DNA from: an uncultured Bacteroidales bacterium
GTDB taxonomy: Bacteria; Bacteroidota; Bacteroidia; Bacteroidales; JAIOZK01
Assembly (NCBI GenBank): GCA_964550205.1
Contig: CAZJYD010000006.1
Location: forward strand, 30,725-94,724
Length of the DNA: 64,000 bases
Direction of reading: 5' to 3'
Position 1 is the first letter of the stretch, and the number at the start of each line of letters is the position of its first letter. Both the position numbers and the translations under genes were made by a program. This document shows positions 20,690 to 31,214 of this stretch, piece by piece. The notes under the pieces were generated by a model. It did no database searches. It was not told the DNA's origin and saw nothing but the letters and a program-made list of their open reading frames with translations.

Positions 20690-23500
20690 ATGAAATATAT
20701 TTTCAGAAAGTCCATCTTAACAGGAATATTTCTTATATCGTCATTTTCATTATTAGGACAAACCTGCGTTATTAAAGGAAAGATAACCGATGCTGAAACT
20801 GGCAAACCTTTAGTGGGTGTAAATATCACCGTTAAAGATAAAATGATTGGTACTTCTACCAATAACAATGGAATTTTTGCGCTACAAACTAAAACACAAT
20901 TCCCTTTTAATATTATTGTATCATATATAGGTTTTAAAACAAAAGAAATTAAAATTAAATCCTACAGTACTGATCTTAATATTCAACTCAGCGAACATCC
21001 GATCCTTGGTCAGGAAGTTGTAGTGTCAGCTTCCCGTGTTGAGGAAAGTATAATGCGTTCACCTGTTTCAATTGAAAAGTTAACTCCCCTGGAAATTGAG
21101 CAAATATCCGCTCCGAATTTTTTTGATGGACTTTATCAAATTAAGGGAGTAGATATGAATGTTCACAGTTTAACATTCAGATATCCAAACACAAGGGGAT
21201 TTAACGGTGAATCAAATACAAGAATGAACCAAATAGTAGATGGTGTTGAAAATATTCCACCCGGGTTGAGTTTCTCTGCTGGTAATATCTTTGGTCTTTC
21301 ACCCCTTGATGTTGAAAGTATTGAATTACTTGTTGGTGCTTCTTCCGCTTTATACGGCCCCGGAGGTATTAATGGCAGTTTATTAATGAATAGTAAGAAC
21401 CCTTTTGATTATCCTGGTTTGAGCGGATCACTTCAAACCGGATTGATGCATGTGGATAAAGATTATCAGGGAAATCCTACACTAATGGAAGACTTTAATT
21501 TCAGGTTCGCCAGAGTATTTAATGACAGGTTAGCATTTAAGATCATAGGTAGGTATCTAAATGCCAACGACTGGCATGCAACAGATTACAGGGACAAAAA
21601 TCATTTGGATGACCCTTCAATAAACAGACATAACAATCCCGGCTATGACGGAGTCAATGTATATGGAGATGATTTGATTGCTCCCGTGAACCTGAAAAAG
21701 ATAGCTCCGGGTGTAGGAGAAGGAATTGCCAAACAAATGGGATTCAAACCGGGATCATACGAATACGATTCCACTATTAAAGCTATTACAAGGCTTTTTC
21801 CTGACCAGGTTATTTCAAGAACAGGATGGAAGGAAGAACATCTGGTAGATTACAATACTAAGATATTAATGCTCGACGGATCAGTTCACTACAGAATGAC
21901 CGAAAGCCTCGAAGGCTTATTAAGTGTTAATTACGGTAAGGGAACCAGTGTTTATACCGCTCATAACCGCTTTTCTTTGAAGGATTTTCACATGACTACT
22001 ATTCATGCAGAAGTGAAAAACCCCAACTATTACATAAGAGGCTACACAACCATTGATAATTCAGGCGACACTTACAATGCAGGTGGTGCAGGTATGGCGT
22101 TGAATGAAAAATGGAAACCAAGTAAACAGTGGTATGAAAGATATATAGGTGTATTTACCATGCTCTACCTAATGGATACAAATAACATACAGCGAGCTTA
22201 CGATTCGGCAAGGGTAGTTGCAGATAACAGATATCCAGATGGTAAAATAAGAAATCCCGAGCAACCCGCATTACCACAACCCGGAACCGAAGAATTTGAT
22301 GAAATGCTTAATGATATAAAAAGCAAACATGTCAGTGAAGGAGGTGCAAAAGTATTTGATAACAGTAAGTTATATCACCTGGAAGGTATGTATAATTTCA
22401 AGGAACATTTTAATGTAGTTGATCTTATCATAGGTGCAAGTTACAGATTATACAGAATTAGCAGTGAGGGTACCGTATTTTATGACAAACCGGGCGATCC
22501 CATAACAATTAACCAATTTGGTGCATTCACTCAGATTACAAAAAAATTCCTTAATGATAAACTGAAAATCACTTTAGCAGGCAGATTTGATAAAAATCAA
22601 TATTTTAAAGGACGTTTAACCCCACGTTTTTCATTAGTGTATTCAATAGATAATGATGAAGATCATAATTTACGTGGTTCAATACAAACTGCTTACCGTT
22701 TTCCAACAGTAGCAGACCAATGGGTTAACCTTGATGTGGGAGCTTACCGTGTAATTGGTGGTTTACCTGAAGTTAGGGAGCAATATAATTTCGATGAGTA
22801 TCCTGCCTATCCATTAACAGGAAGAAATCCTATAACTGATTCTGCCTGCACCGAATGTGGTTATTATGAATTTCCCGAGTTCAGTCCGGAGAGGGTACTA
22901 ACGTATGAGGTCGGTTATAAAGGATTGTTTTTAGGTAAAAAGCTATACATTGATGCTTACATCTTTCTGAATAAATATAATGGTTTTATTGCCTACCAAG
23001 TTCTTGAGCAATATACCGGCACTGATTCTGCAAGACGTTTCCAGGTAACTGTCAGCACAGTTGATCCGCTAAGTTCGTTTGGCTGGGCATTAGGCCTTGA
23101 TTACAGAACACCCAGAGGATTCATGATAAGAGGTAACGTAGCGTATAATGCTCTTCAAAAATTAGAAAACAAAACAATTGGTTTCGAATCCAGATTTAAT
23201 ACACCCCGTTACAGATTTAATATCTCGGCAGGTAAAAGAAAAATATTTAAACGTTTCGGTTTTAATATAAGCTACCGCTGGCAAGATGAATTTTTATGGC
23301 AGTCGCCTTTCGGTACAGCTGAAATGCCTTCATTTTCAGTATTGGATGCCCATATTTCTGTAAAATTTGATGCTGCTGATATACAACTTAAAATAGGTGG
23401 TTCAAACATTCTGAATAAATCCTATACAACAAGTTTTGGCAGTGCCCAAATTGGTGGTTTATATTATATAACCCTTTTATATGACCAATTGATGAACTAA
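20690..23500 (+). CDS. TonB-dependent outer-membrane receptor with N-terminal CarboxypepD_reg-like domain
   Basis: Signal peptide. GKITDAETGKPLVGVNITV...SYIGFKTKEI (CarboxypepD_reg). Plug-domain motifs (VVVSASRVEESI, IELLVGASSALYGPGGINGSLLM). Long beta-barrel. The track start at 20657 is probably too far upstream. Confidence 0.85.
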   Translation: MKYIFRKSILTGIFLISSFSLLGQTCVIKGKITDAETGKPLVGVNITVKDKMIGTSTNNNGIFALQTKTQFPFNIIVSYIGFKTKEIKIKSYSTDLNIQLSEHPILGQEVVVSASRVEESIMRSPVSIEKLTPLEIEQISAPNFFDGLYQIKGVDMNVHSLTFRYPNTRGFNGESNTRMNQIVDGVENIPPGLSFSAGNIFGLSPLDVESIELLVGASSALYGPGGINGSLLMNSKNPFDYPGLSGSLQTGLMHVDKDYQGNPTLMEDFNFRFARVFNDRLAFKIIGRYLNANDWHATDYRDKNHLDDPSINRHNNPGYDGVNVYGDDLIAPVNLKKIAPGVGEGIAKQMGFKPGSYEYDSTIKAITRLFPDQVISRTGWKEEHLVDYNTKILMLDGSVHYRMTESLEGLLSVNYGKGTSVYTAHNRFSLKDFHMTTIHAEVKNPNYYIRGYTTIDNSGDTYNAGGAGMALNEKWKPSKQWYERYIGVFTMLYLMDTNNIQRAYDSARVVADNRYPDGKIRNPEQPALPQPGTEEFDEMLNDIKSKHVSEGGAKVFDNSKLYHLEGMYNFKEHFNVVDLIIGASYRLYRISSEGTVFYDKPGDPITINQFGAFTQITKKFLNDKLKITLAGRFDKNQYFKGRLTPRFSLVYSIDNDEDHNLRGSIQTAYRFPTVADQWVNLDVGAYRVIGGLPEVREQYNFDEYPAYPLTGRNPITDSACTECGYYEFPEFSPERVLTYEVGYKGLFLGKKLYIDAYIFLNKYNGFIAYQVLEQYTGTDSARRFQVTVSTVDPLSSFGWALGLDYRTPRGFMIRGNVAYNALQKLENKTIGFESRFNTPRYRFNISAGKRKIFKRFGFNISYRWQDEFLWQSPFGTAEMPSFSVLDAHISVKFDAADIQLKIGGSNILNKSYTTSFGSAQIGGLYYITLLYDQLMN

Positions 23501-23514
23501 TTAAGACTCATATT

Positions 23515-24081
23515 ATGACTCCTGTCGCTGAAAAAATCATTAAAAAATATTATAAAGAAAAATCAGATTCATATATTTACTTATACAAACACAGTTGTTC
23601 CGTAGAAAGCCTTGCAGTAAAGATAGCGCAGCATAATGAACAATACTCACCCAATATTGAGTTCATAAAAACGGCTGCTATGCTTCATGATATAGGTATT
23701 TTTATGACCAATGCACCTGGCATAGGTTGTTTTGGAAAATACCCATACATTGCACATGGATATCTTGGACGTGAATTACTTGAAAAAGAAAACCTGAAAG
23801 AAATAGCCCCTGTCTGTGAAAGGCATGTAGGATTAGGGATTACAGTTAAAGATATAATAAGTGAAAACCTGCCACTACCTAAAAGAAATATGGTACCTGT
23901 TTCAATTGAGGAACAAATTGTTTGTTATGCTGATAAATTTTATTCAAAAAAACCAAAATACTTAATCCATCCCAAACCTCTTGAAAAAATAAGAAATAAA
24001 GCGAGGAAATACGGACCAGAAAAAGCAGCTATTTTTGAAGAATTCGTAAATAAATTTGGCTCTGAATATATTTATGAATAA
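23515..24081 (+). CDS. HD-domain phosphohydrolase
   Basis: HS...VA, AAMLHDIG and CYADK motifs of the HD superfamily. Confidence 0.75.
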   Translation: MTPVAEKIIKKYYKEKSDSYIYLYKHSCSVESLAVKIAQHNEQYSPNIEFIKTAAMLHDIGIFMTNAPGIGCFGKYPYIAHGYLGRELLEKENLKEIAPVCERHVGLGITVKDIISENLPLPKRNMVPVSIEEQIVCYADKFYSKKPKYLIHPKPLEKIRNKARKYGPEKAAIFEEFVNKFGSEYIYE

Positions 24082-24085
24082 TAAA

Positions 24086-24712
24086 TCATTTATTCTGATA
24101 GGTTTTAACCATTTGCCTCAAACCTTTCAGTGTTTCAAACGGATTATCAACAACTTTGAGATTAGCCAGCCATGAAGGAATGCTACCACCCGGTTCTGTT
24201 AGGATTTGATAAATAATTTTAACTTTATTTTTTTGAGGTATAATTTTCCAAAAACCATTCATTTTCTTTATCCTAACAATTCCTTCTTTTTCAGGCAAGT
24301 AATTTGGTAATGCTTTCATTTCCATAATAACAGTTCCGCTATTATTATGATATAAATGCCTCTCAACAATAACATCACGATTTTGCACAGGCCATGGAGC
24401 TTTTGTTTCCACATAATCTATTTGTATGCTGTCACCTGTCCTTTTTAAAAGTTTTGCCTTTTCTACATCAGGCATCCATTTATCAAACTCATTAACATTA
24501 CAAATAACATCAATAATTGTTTTAACACTGGCATCAAGATATACCACACCTTTAAACTCATCAAAATTGGATTCTTTTACTTCCCTTGTATAGACCTCAA
24601 TACCTTCGGAGTCCTTTCTCAATTCCCATGAATTTGTCTGGGCAAAAATACAATGCGCAGAAAATAAAATAATGAATAAATAAATTACTTTTTGATAATT
24701 CATAGATAACAT
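24086..24712 (-). CDS. secreted START/lipid-binding domain protein
   Basis: Signal peptide (FSAHCIFAQ). WELRKDSEGIEVYTREV...FKGVVYLDASV...W.P........PWPVQNRD pattern of the START/Bet v1-like fold. Confidence 0.65.
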   Translation of the reverse strand: MLSMNYQKVIYLFIILFSAHCIFAQTNSWELRKDSEGIEVYTREVKESNFDEFKGVVYLDASVKTIIDVICNVNEFDKWMPDVEKAKLLKRTGDSIQIDYVETKAPWPVQNRDVIVERHLYHNNSGTVIMEMKALPNYLPEKEGIVRIKKMNGFWKIIPQKNKVKIIYQILTEPGGSIPSWLANLKVVDNPFETLKGLRQMVKTYQNK

Positions 24713-24784
24713 CTTTTAAAAATTTTGATATAAAAATAAACATATTTTTATTTTTGTATAATATGTAAAAAATAACCAAATTTA

Positions 24785-26014
24785 ATGACAAGAACGGTAG
24801 TTTACATTACATTGATTGATTTAATGCTTGCACAGTGCAATAACAACACTAACAAGCAATCAGAAATAATTATACTGCCTGATATTCAGGATGATAAAAT
24901 AATATCCGTTCAAACCGATACAATAAAACATAAAAAGGAAAATTATCTTTTTCTGAATATCAAACCGAAGAAAAAAACACCTTCAAAAAACTATAAACCC
25001 GCTGAACTATTTGAAAAAAGCTCAGATATTTATTATGCTCCCACAAAGAAAAATCCAATTAAGAATAATTCATTTACAATGACTTATTATTCAATTAAAA
25101 CAGACCCCATATCTGATTATTACTCCCCTGAACTATCGGAAAACTTTAAAATATTCACTGCAATTTTTGATAACGACGTTTATTTTGGAACTGATTTTTA
25201 TTACACTAATGGCATTAAATTTGAACTAATACACCCCGGGCTTAAAAAGCTTCCCCTTAAATATTTGCTTTATCCTTTCTATGGTCTTCAGGAAACATAT
25301 TTCGGATTGAGCTTTGTGCAAAACATGTATACGCCTGTTTTTTTGGACGTTAATAATATACTTACAGGCGACCGCCCTTTTGCTTCATACCTTACATTGG
25401 ATTATTTCAAAATATCACTTGATCCGGTAAGAAAAACCAGGTTTAATTCGGCTTTATCATTTGGTCTTATAGGACCAGGATCTTTAGGAGGAGAGGTTCA
25501 GAATATCATTCATGATATTGAACCTACAGGCTGGAAATATCAAATTAGTAATGACCTGATCATTAATTACAGTTTAACGATGGAAAAAATTATTTTATTC
25601 AATAGAGGAATTGAATTAAGCGGTATAATTAATGGACAGTTAGGATCACTTTATAATAATATTGGCGGGGGTATTAAATTTTCAATAGGTAATTACTCCG
25701 CCTTTAATACTATACGTAACTTCAATCCTCATATCCCTGTAAATGACAATAAATTCAGATATAATTTTTTTATTACAACAAAAGGCTTTGTAATAGGATA
25801 TGATGCAACCTTGCAGGGAGGCTTACTAAACTCAAATTCTATATATACTTTATCAGATAATGATATTTCACGGATTATTTATAAATATTCAGCAGGCATT
25901 AATCTGCAATACCGAAAAATAAGTCTTAATGTGCAAAACAATTATATTAGCCAAGAGTTCAAAAACGCCAAACCTCATTGGTGGCTTAGCATCACGGCAT
26001 CAATTAGATTATAG
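24785..26014 (+). CDS. lipid A deacylase LpxR-like outer-membrane protein (DUF2219-like)
   Basis: DNDVYFGTDFYYTNGIKFE, FVQNMYTP, DRPFASYL segments resemble the LpxR family. Beta-barrel-like alternating C terminus. Confidence 0.55.
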   Translation: MTRTVVYITLIDLMLAQCNNNTNKQSEIIILPDIQDDKIISVQTDTIKHKKENYLFLNIKPKKKTPSKNYKPAELFEKSSDIYYAPTKKNPIKNNSFTMTYYSIKTDPISDYYSPELSENFKIFTAIFDNDVYFGTDFYYTNGIKFELIHPGLKKLPLKYLLYPFYGLQETYFGLSFVQNMYTPVFLDVNNILTGDRPFASYLTLDYFKISLDPVRKTRFNSALSFGLIGPGSLGGEVQNIIHDIEPTGWKYQISNDLIINYSLTMEKIILFNRGIELSGIINGQLGSLYNNIGGGIKFSIGNYSAFNTIRNFNPHIPVNDNKFRYNFFITTKGFVIGYDATLQGGLLNSNSIYTLSDNDISRIIYKYSAGINLQYRKISLNVQNNYISQEFKNAKPHWWLSITASIRL

Positions 26015-26130
26015 GGGAAACCCCTTCTACCCTGCTTAAAGAAATAAAAACATACTATAAAAAACCTATCATTAATTCACTTCATTAAATTATCCTAATT
26101 TCAATTTTGAAAAATCATTATTTTTATATA

Positions 26131-26138
26131 TACCTTTG
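26131..26138 (+). promoter_or_regulatory. -7 promoter box (TACCTTTG)
   Basis: TAnnTTTG match 21 nt upstream of the ATG at 26160. Confidence 0.45.
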
Positions 26139-26159
26139 TAATCTAATAGAAGTATTGAT

Positions 26160-26756
26160 ATGCATACTCTGGAACCTCATTATAACTGGCAGCATTGCTA
26201 TATTGCATCGGAAGATGAACTCTCTCCCTTTTATGGCCGTGAATACAGTGAGTTTGAATTCACTCATACCATATATGATCATCTGATTCACCCTCAATGG
26301 GATGATATAGGTTCATCAACACTTTTTATAAAAATTTTGTACGCTAACTACGAAAATGGCTATGCGGTAATTGAAATGCTGGGTGAATGGAATGATTGCT
26401 TGCATAACGATATTATGTACCTGAAAAGAAACATAATAGAACATTTACAGAATAATGGTATCAACAAATTCATACTTGTCGGTGAAAACATTTTAAATTT
26501 TCACTCCAGCGACTCCGACTATTACGAAGAATGGACTGAAGACAACGAAGAAGGCTGGATAGTAGGATTAAATTTTCGTGATCATGTAATAAATGAGTTT
26601 GAAAAAGCCAATCTTGATTACTATATTTGCTTTGGAGGTAAATTTAACAGTTTCACATGGAGGGTTTTTGAACCATTGCAATTATGTGAAAGGATTAATG
26701 ATCTCTTTAATAAAAGACTAACAGCCCCTAACTATGAAAAAAAGTATGACCATTAA
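26160..26756 (+). CDS. hypothetical cytoplasmic protein
   Basis: 198-aa acidic ORF with no recognised motif. Its 3' end overlaps the acylphosphatase gene by 23 nt, suggesting co-transcription. Confidence 0.55.
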   Translation: MHTLEPHYNWQHCYIASEDELSPFYGREYSEFEFTHTIYDHLIHPQWDDIGSSTLFIKILYANYENGYAVIEMLGEWNDCLHNDIMYLKRNIIEHLQNNGINKFILVGENILNFHSSDSDYYEEWTEDNEEGWIVGLNFRDHVINEFEKANLDYYICFGGKFNSFTWRVFEPLQLCERINDLFNKRLTAPNYEKKYDH

Positions 26757-27003
26757 TATTTACGGTCGTGTTCAAAACGTAGGATTCCGTTACTATACTC
26801 ATAAAACTGCAATAAAATATAATATAACGGGATTCGTAAAAAATGAATCTGATGGTTCAGTTTATTTAGAAGCTGAGGGTGAGGAAAAAGATATGGACAA
26901 TTTTATACAATGGTTGCATGATGGTCCTACATGGGCTCAGGTAGAAGATATTAAATTAAAGGAAATACCATTCCAGAATTATAAGATATTCACTGTTCAT
27001 TAA
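26734..27003 (+). CDS. acyP: acylphosphatase
   Basis: IYGRVQNVGFRYYT...GFVKNESDGSVYLEAEGE matches the acylphosphatase signature (V.G.VQGVGFR ... G.V.N..DG.V). Confidence 0.85.
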   Translation: MKKSMTINIYGRVQNVGFRYYTHKTAIKYNITGFVKNESDGSVYLEAEGEEKDMDNFIQWLHDGPTWAQVEDIKLKEIPFQNYKIFTVH

Positions 27004-27007
27004 TATG

Positions 27008-27670
27008 CTAAGGCTTCCTGGCTCTTATTATTTCTCTCTTACCTTCCGGACCTGGTAATTTAAAAACTTCAAATCCGCATTCCTTCAATACTCTCTTTAC
27101 GCTTCCCTTAGAAGAATAAGTTGTTAACAAACCACCGGGTTTTAAAGAATTAATTATCATATTAAATATTTCCTTTTCCCATAGTTCAGGTTGATAAGAT
27201 GGGGCGAATGCATCAAAATAAACTATGTCGAAATTATTTTCCGGTAATTGAGTATTTGTTAGATCCACTTGTATTTTGTGCAGAAAAAAACCGGAAGAAC
27301 ATTCTATTTGTTTGTTCCATTTACACATATGTATTCTTGAAAAAAAATCATTTTCACCAAGGAAATGGCAATAATTAAGCTTCTGCCAAATCTCTTTTTT
27401 TAATGGATACAATTCAATCGCTGTATAATATATTTCTAATCTACTTTTCTTCGATTCAATAAATGTTAACAGTGTATTTAAACCTGTTCCGAATCCTGCT
27501 TCAAAAATTGAAATACTGTCCTTTTTATCTTTCAATACATTAAATCCGCATTCAATAAAAATATGCCTTGATTCTGATATAGCTCCGTAATGAGAATGAT
27601 AATATTCACCCATACGGGGAATGAAAAGAGTATGAGAACCATCTTTTGTAGTTATAAGACTAAGATCCAT
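27008..27670 (-). CDS. SAM-dependent tRNA U34 (mnm5s2U) methyltransferase, MnmC C-terminal-domain/MnmD-like (DUF752)
   Basis: TKDGSHTLF...GEYYHS..GA..ES.H.FI..G; EAGFGTGLN; YFDAFAP..QPELW pattern. Confidence 0.75.
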   Translation of the reverse strand: MDLSLITTKDGSHTLFIPRMGEYYHSHYGAISESRHIFIECGFNVLKDKKDSISIFEAGFGTGLNTLLTFIESKKSRLEIYYTAIELYPLKKEIWQKLNYCHFLGENDFFSRIHMCKWNKQIECSSGFFLHKIQVDLTNTQLPENNFDIVYFDAFAPSYQPELWEKEIFNMIINSLKPGGLLTTYSSKGSVKRVLKECGFEVFKLPGPEGKREIIRARKP

Positions 27671-27682
27671 TATTCGTCCTGT

Positions 27683-28972
27683 TTATTTATTATATAGTAA
27701 ATGAATGTTTTTAAGTTGAGCGTTCAAGTAAACATCAGCAAGTTTTGAATTGTTAGAATAACTATATATCTTTAAAGTGTTTTCATTTCCACATACCAAA
27801 ATATTATAAATCTCATCATATTCTATGTATTTTGGAAAATAACTAATCGGCAATTGGTTAAAATTTCCGTTATTAGTCTGATAGCTGTATATACCATTAT
27901 TGGTGGCAACTACTAATTCATCTTTACTAACGGAATCAACATCAATTGCCTTTCCGGTGTTTTGAGACAGATGTTCAAAATAGTTTTCCGATAAATAATA
28001 TTTACCGGCAACAATACCATTATGTTTGTTTCCCAATACAAAAAGGCAATTATTATTAATCGGAATAAAATAAACAATATCAAAATCGATCAGCTTTCTC
28101 TTCATATAGGCACCTGTATTGCAATGATAAATAACTATATAGTGTTCCTGACCTAAAGTTAATCTGTTGTCAGTTACAATGTAATTACCACACAACACTA
28201 TGTTCTCAGGTATTGTATCTTCCTTAGCCACAATAGAATATCTTACAGTACCAGACTGGTTGTATCCGTATAGAGTTCCGTTTTCTGTTCCGGCATATAC
28301 CAATTCATTCGTATACAGAGCTGAATAATAAGGAAAAGGTATACCTGGTTCGGATTCCCATTCTATAGACAAATCATTCATATTATAACAGTATAAATGT
28401 TCAGGATCATTATCTGAAATAAAATATAATTGATGATATTTAGAACTTATATCTGAAAGGAAACAAGGACAATTAATGTGAAGCAATTTCTTTTTATTAA
28501 GTAACAGATCAAATTCATTTATCTCAGTGTTTTTTTCATTAGGCTGTGTTACTGCAATGATTTTCTCAAGTTCCAAAGGAACCTCCCTGAGCCTTATCGA
28601 CCTGTATTTACGTGCAGTTGCAAAATTATCTTTTGCAGTAATAACTATATAATAATAACCTGATGAAAGCTGAATATCATCAACAGGGTATAATTCATTA
28701 AATACGACTTTTTCTTTATTATTAACATTAATAGTTACGGGAGGAAGCAAATTAACCAAATTATTATCAGTAAGAGATATGCTAATCTTATTAATACCTT
28801 TATCATCATTAGCGGTGCCGCTTACAACTATGGTATCCAGAACATTAAATTCCTGCCCATCGAATGGTTTCATAATATTTACAATTGGTATTGTTTCGCT
28901 TTCCTCCTTGCAAGCCAGTATTAAAATAATCAGAGTAATTAATAAAGAAATATTTTGGAGTAATCTGTACAT
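27683..28972 (-). CDS. lipoprotein with Ig-like N-terminal domain and beta-propeller-like body, function unknown
   Basis: Lipobox LILAC. VVSGTANDDKGINKISISL (Ig-like). Repeated Y/W-rich strands downstream. Confidence 0.5.
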   Translation of the reverse strand: MYRLLQNISLLITLIILILACKEESETIPIVNIMKPFDGQEFNVLDTIVVSGTANDDKGINKISISLTDNNLVNLLPPVTINVNNKEKVVFNELYPVDDIQLSSGYYYIVITAKDNFATARKYRSIRLREVPLELEKIIAVTQPNEKNTEINEFDLLLNKKKLLHINCPCFLSDISSKYHQLYFISDNDPEHLYCYNMNDLSIEWESEPGIPFPYYSALYTNELVYAGTENGTLYGYNQSGTVRYSIVAKEDTIPENIVLCGNYIVTDNRLTLGQEHYIVIYHCNTGAYMKRKLIDFDIVYFIPINNNCLFVLGNKHNGIVAGKYYLSENYFEHLSQNTGKAIDVDSVSKDELVVATNNGIYSYQTNNGNFNQLPISYFPKYIEYDEIYNILVCGNENTLKIYSYSNNSKLADVYLNAQLKNIHLLYNK

Positions 28973-29045
28973 ATTGTTTTTTACTTAATTAAAATCATGG
29001 ATAAGAATTGTTAATTTTACACAGTAAATTTAATAAAATCACCTT

Positions 29046-29756
29046 ATGTTAAAAAATTTGGATATTGAAAAAATTCTCTTTCTTGATATTGAAACGGTAC
29101 CTGAATATTCCGGTTATGATGAGCTACCCGTGCAAATAAAAAAGTTATGGGATCGTAAAGCTGAATACATCAAGAGAGATAAGAATGAAACTCCGGATAT
29201 ACTGTATTCAAGGGCTGGAATATACGCAGAATTTGGCAAGATAATCTGTATCTCGGTTGGCTTTATTAAAAATGAAGAAGCCCGTATTAAATCATTTGCA
29301 GGTGAGGATGAAAAAATACTACTTGAAGAATTTGCAAATTTGATACGTGAGTATTACAGTAGGCAAGACTATTTATTATGTGCACACAATGGAAAAGAAT
29401 TTGATTTCCCTTACATCGCAAGAAGGATGCTTATTAATGGAATTGACCTTCCTGCTACACTTGATCATGCAGGTAAAAAACCCTGGGAAATCCCCCATCT
29501 CGATACCATGGAACTCTGGAAATTTGGTGATTTTAAAAGCTATACTTCCCTCGAATTACTGGCTGCAATATTCAAAATACAAACTCCAAAAGATGATATG
29601 GATGGCAGCGAGGTATACAAAATATATTGGGAGCACAATGATCTTGAAAGAATAGTAAATTATTGTCAGAAAGATGTATTAACTATCATTCAACTTTTTT
29701 TAAAATATCAGGGCAAACAATTATTACCAGATGATAAAGTATCAATTATAGAATGA
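29046..29756 (+). CDS. DEDD-type 3'-5' exonuclease (PolB-exonuclease-like, RNase H fold)
   Basis: ExoI LFLDIETVPE, ExoII CAHNGKEFDFPYIARR, ExoIII YCQKDVLT. Confidence 0.75.
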   Translation: MLKNLDIEKILFLDIETVPEYSGYDELPVQIKKLWDRKAEYIKRDKNETPDILYSRAGIYAEFGKIICISVGFIKNEEARIKSFAGEDEKILLEEFANLIREYYSRQDYLLCAHNGKEFDFPYIARRMLINGIDLPATLDHAGKKPWEIPHLDTMELWKFGDFKSYTSLELLAAIFKIQTPKDDMDGSEVYKIYWEHNDLERIVNYCQKDVLTIIQLFLKYQGKQLLPDDKVSIIE

Positions 29757-29772
29757 TATCTGATTATATTTC

Positions 29773-29780
29773 TATATTTG
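29773..29780 (+). promoter_or_regulatory. -7 promoter box (TATATTTG)
   Basis: TAnnTTTG match 23 nt upstream of the ATG at 29804. Confidence 0.45.
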
Positions 29781-29803
29781 CGATAAATTAAAACTTATTA
29801 ATT

Positions 29804-31135
29804 ATGAAAAAGAATTTAGTTCTATCATTAATTTTGATTTTACCGATTTTTATAAAAGCGCAGCAATCGGAAGATAAAAAATTCGGGATTGAATTTCACG
29901 GTTTTGTTAAAACCGATATTTTTTATGATTCAAGACAGAATGTAGCAATACGTGAAGGTCATTTTTATCTTTACCCAAAACCTGAATTACTTGATGAAAA
30001 TGGCAAAGATATTAATGACAAAGCTAATTTCAATATCTTATCCATACAAACCCGCCTGAAAGGGATCATCTCAGGTCCTGATGTATTAGGGGCCAAAACA
30101 TCTGCATTGATCGAAGGTGCTTTTTTCGGTAATATAGAGAACGACATTAACGGTTTCAGATTACGGCATGCTTTCGCTAAATTATCATGGCCAAAGACAG
30201 AGTTATTAATTGGCCAATTTTGGCATCCCATGTTTGTTACGGATTGCTTCCCCGGAACAGTATCATTTAATACAGGAGCCCCCTTTCAACCTTTTTCAAG
30301 AAATCCGCAGGTAAGATTAAGTCAAAATATTTTTAAGAATTTCAATATCCAATTGGCAGCAATATCTCAAAGAGACTTCAGAGACACAGGTCCTGATGAC
30401 AAAAGTTCCTCCTATTTACGTAATGATGTTTTACCCGAAATGAATCTTACAATTAAATATCATAAAATCAACAAAGAAAGAGGAACTGAATTCCTCGTAG
30501 GCATCGGAGGAAATTATAAAAGACTAATGCCGAGACTTGAAGCAACAGCACAAATAAATGACAGCACAACTGTTGTATATAAAACAGACGAAACCGTTTT
30601 CGGTTATTCAGGTATGGCTTTTTTTAAGATAAAAGTCCCTGCAATAACAATTAAAGCTGAAGGAGTATACGGTCAAAGCACTTACAGTATGACAATGCTT
30701 GGCGGTTATGCTGCCAAATCATGGACAGACCAGACCAAAAACTTATACGATTACACTCCTCTGGATGTGATTTCGTTATGGACTGATATACACACAAATG
30801 GTAAAAAATGGCAGTTTGGAATATTTGGTGGATATACCAGAAACAATGGAACTACAAACCATATACTGACAAATAATAATATCAGGGGACCAATTTATGC
30901 AAGAGGTTATGATACAAAGCATAATACATACATCGATTATGTTTACAGAGTTTCACCACGTGTAATATACAACGTAGGTAAAATGCGCTTTGCAGGTGAG
31001 GTTGAATATACTACGGTAGGTTATGGATATGATGACAATGAAAATTATGATGCTATTGACAAACATGCTATAGTAAACAATCCAAAAGACATATCTAACC
31101 TTAGAATACTGCTTGCAGTTTACTATTTCTTTTAA
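29804..31135 (+). CDS. outer-membrane beta-barrel porin-like protein
   Basis: Signal peptide (IFIKAQQ). Alternating beta-strand pattern throughout. C-terminal aromatic signature ...LLAVYYFF. Confidence 0.6.
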   Translation: MKKNLVLSLILILPIFIKAQQSEDKKFGIEFHGFVKTDIFYDSRQNVAIREGHFYLYPKPELLDENGKDINDKANFNILSIQTRLKGIISGPDVLGAKTSALIEGAFFGNIENDINGFRLRHAFAKLSWPKTELLIGQFWHPMFVTDCFPGTVSFNTGAPFQPFSRNPQVRLSQNIFKNFNIQLAAISQRDFRDTGPDDKSSSYLRNDVLPEMNLTIKYHKINKERGTEFLVGIGGNYKRLMPRLEATAQINDSTTVVYKTDETVFGYSGMAFFKIKVPAITIKAEGVYGQSTYSMTMLGGYAAKSWTDQTKNLYDYTPLDVISLWTDIHTNGKKWQFGIFGGYTRNNGTTNHILTNNNIRGPIYARGYDTKHNTYIDYVYRVSPRVIYNVGKMRFAGEVEYTTVGYGYDDNENYDAIDKHAIVNNPKDISNLRILLAVYYFF

Positions 31136-31201
31136 TAAACGGATTTCTGAGAAATAAGAATAAGTTTTCCATCAAATAGTCATTACGACATATTTTACTT
31201 T

Positions 31202-31209
31202 TAATTTTG
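31202..31209 (+). promoter_or_regulatory. -7 promoter box (TAATTTTG) 5 nt from the start codon
   Basis: TAnnTTTG match. 5 nt separate its G (31209) from the ATG at 31215. Confidence 0.4.
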
Positions 31210-31214
31210 CAAAA

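Noticed and set aside
29347-29655. 102-aa same-strand ORF nested in an alternative frame of the exonuclease gene
   Set aside because: It lies entirely inside a gene with all three DEDD exonuclease motifs, and its own sequence has no recognisable features.
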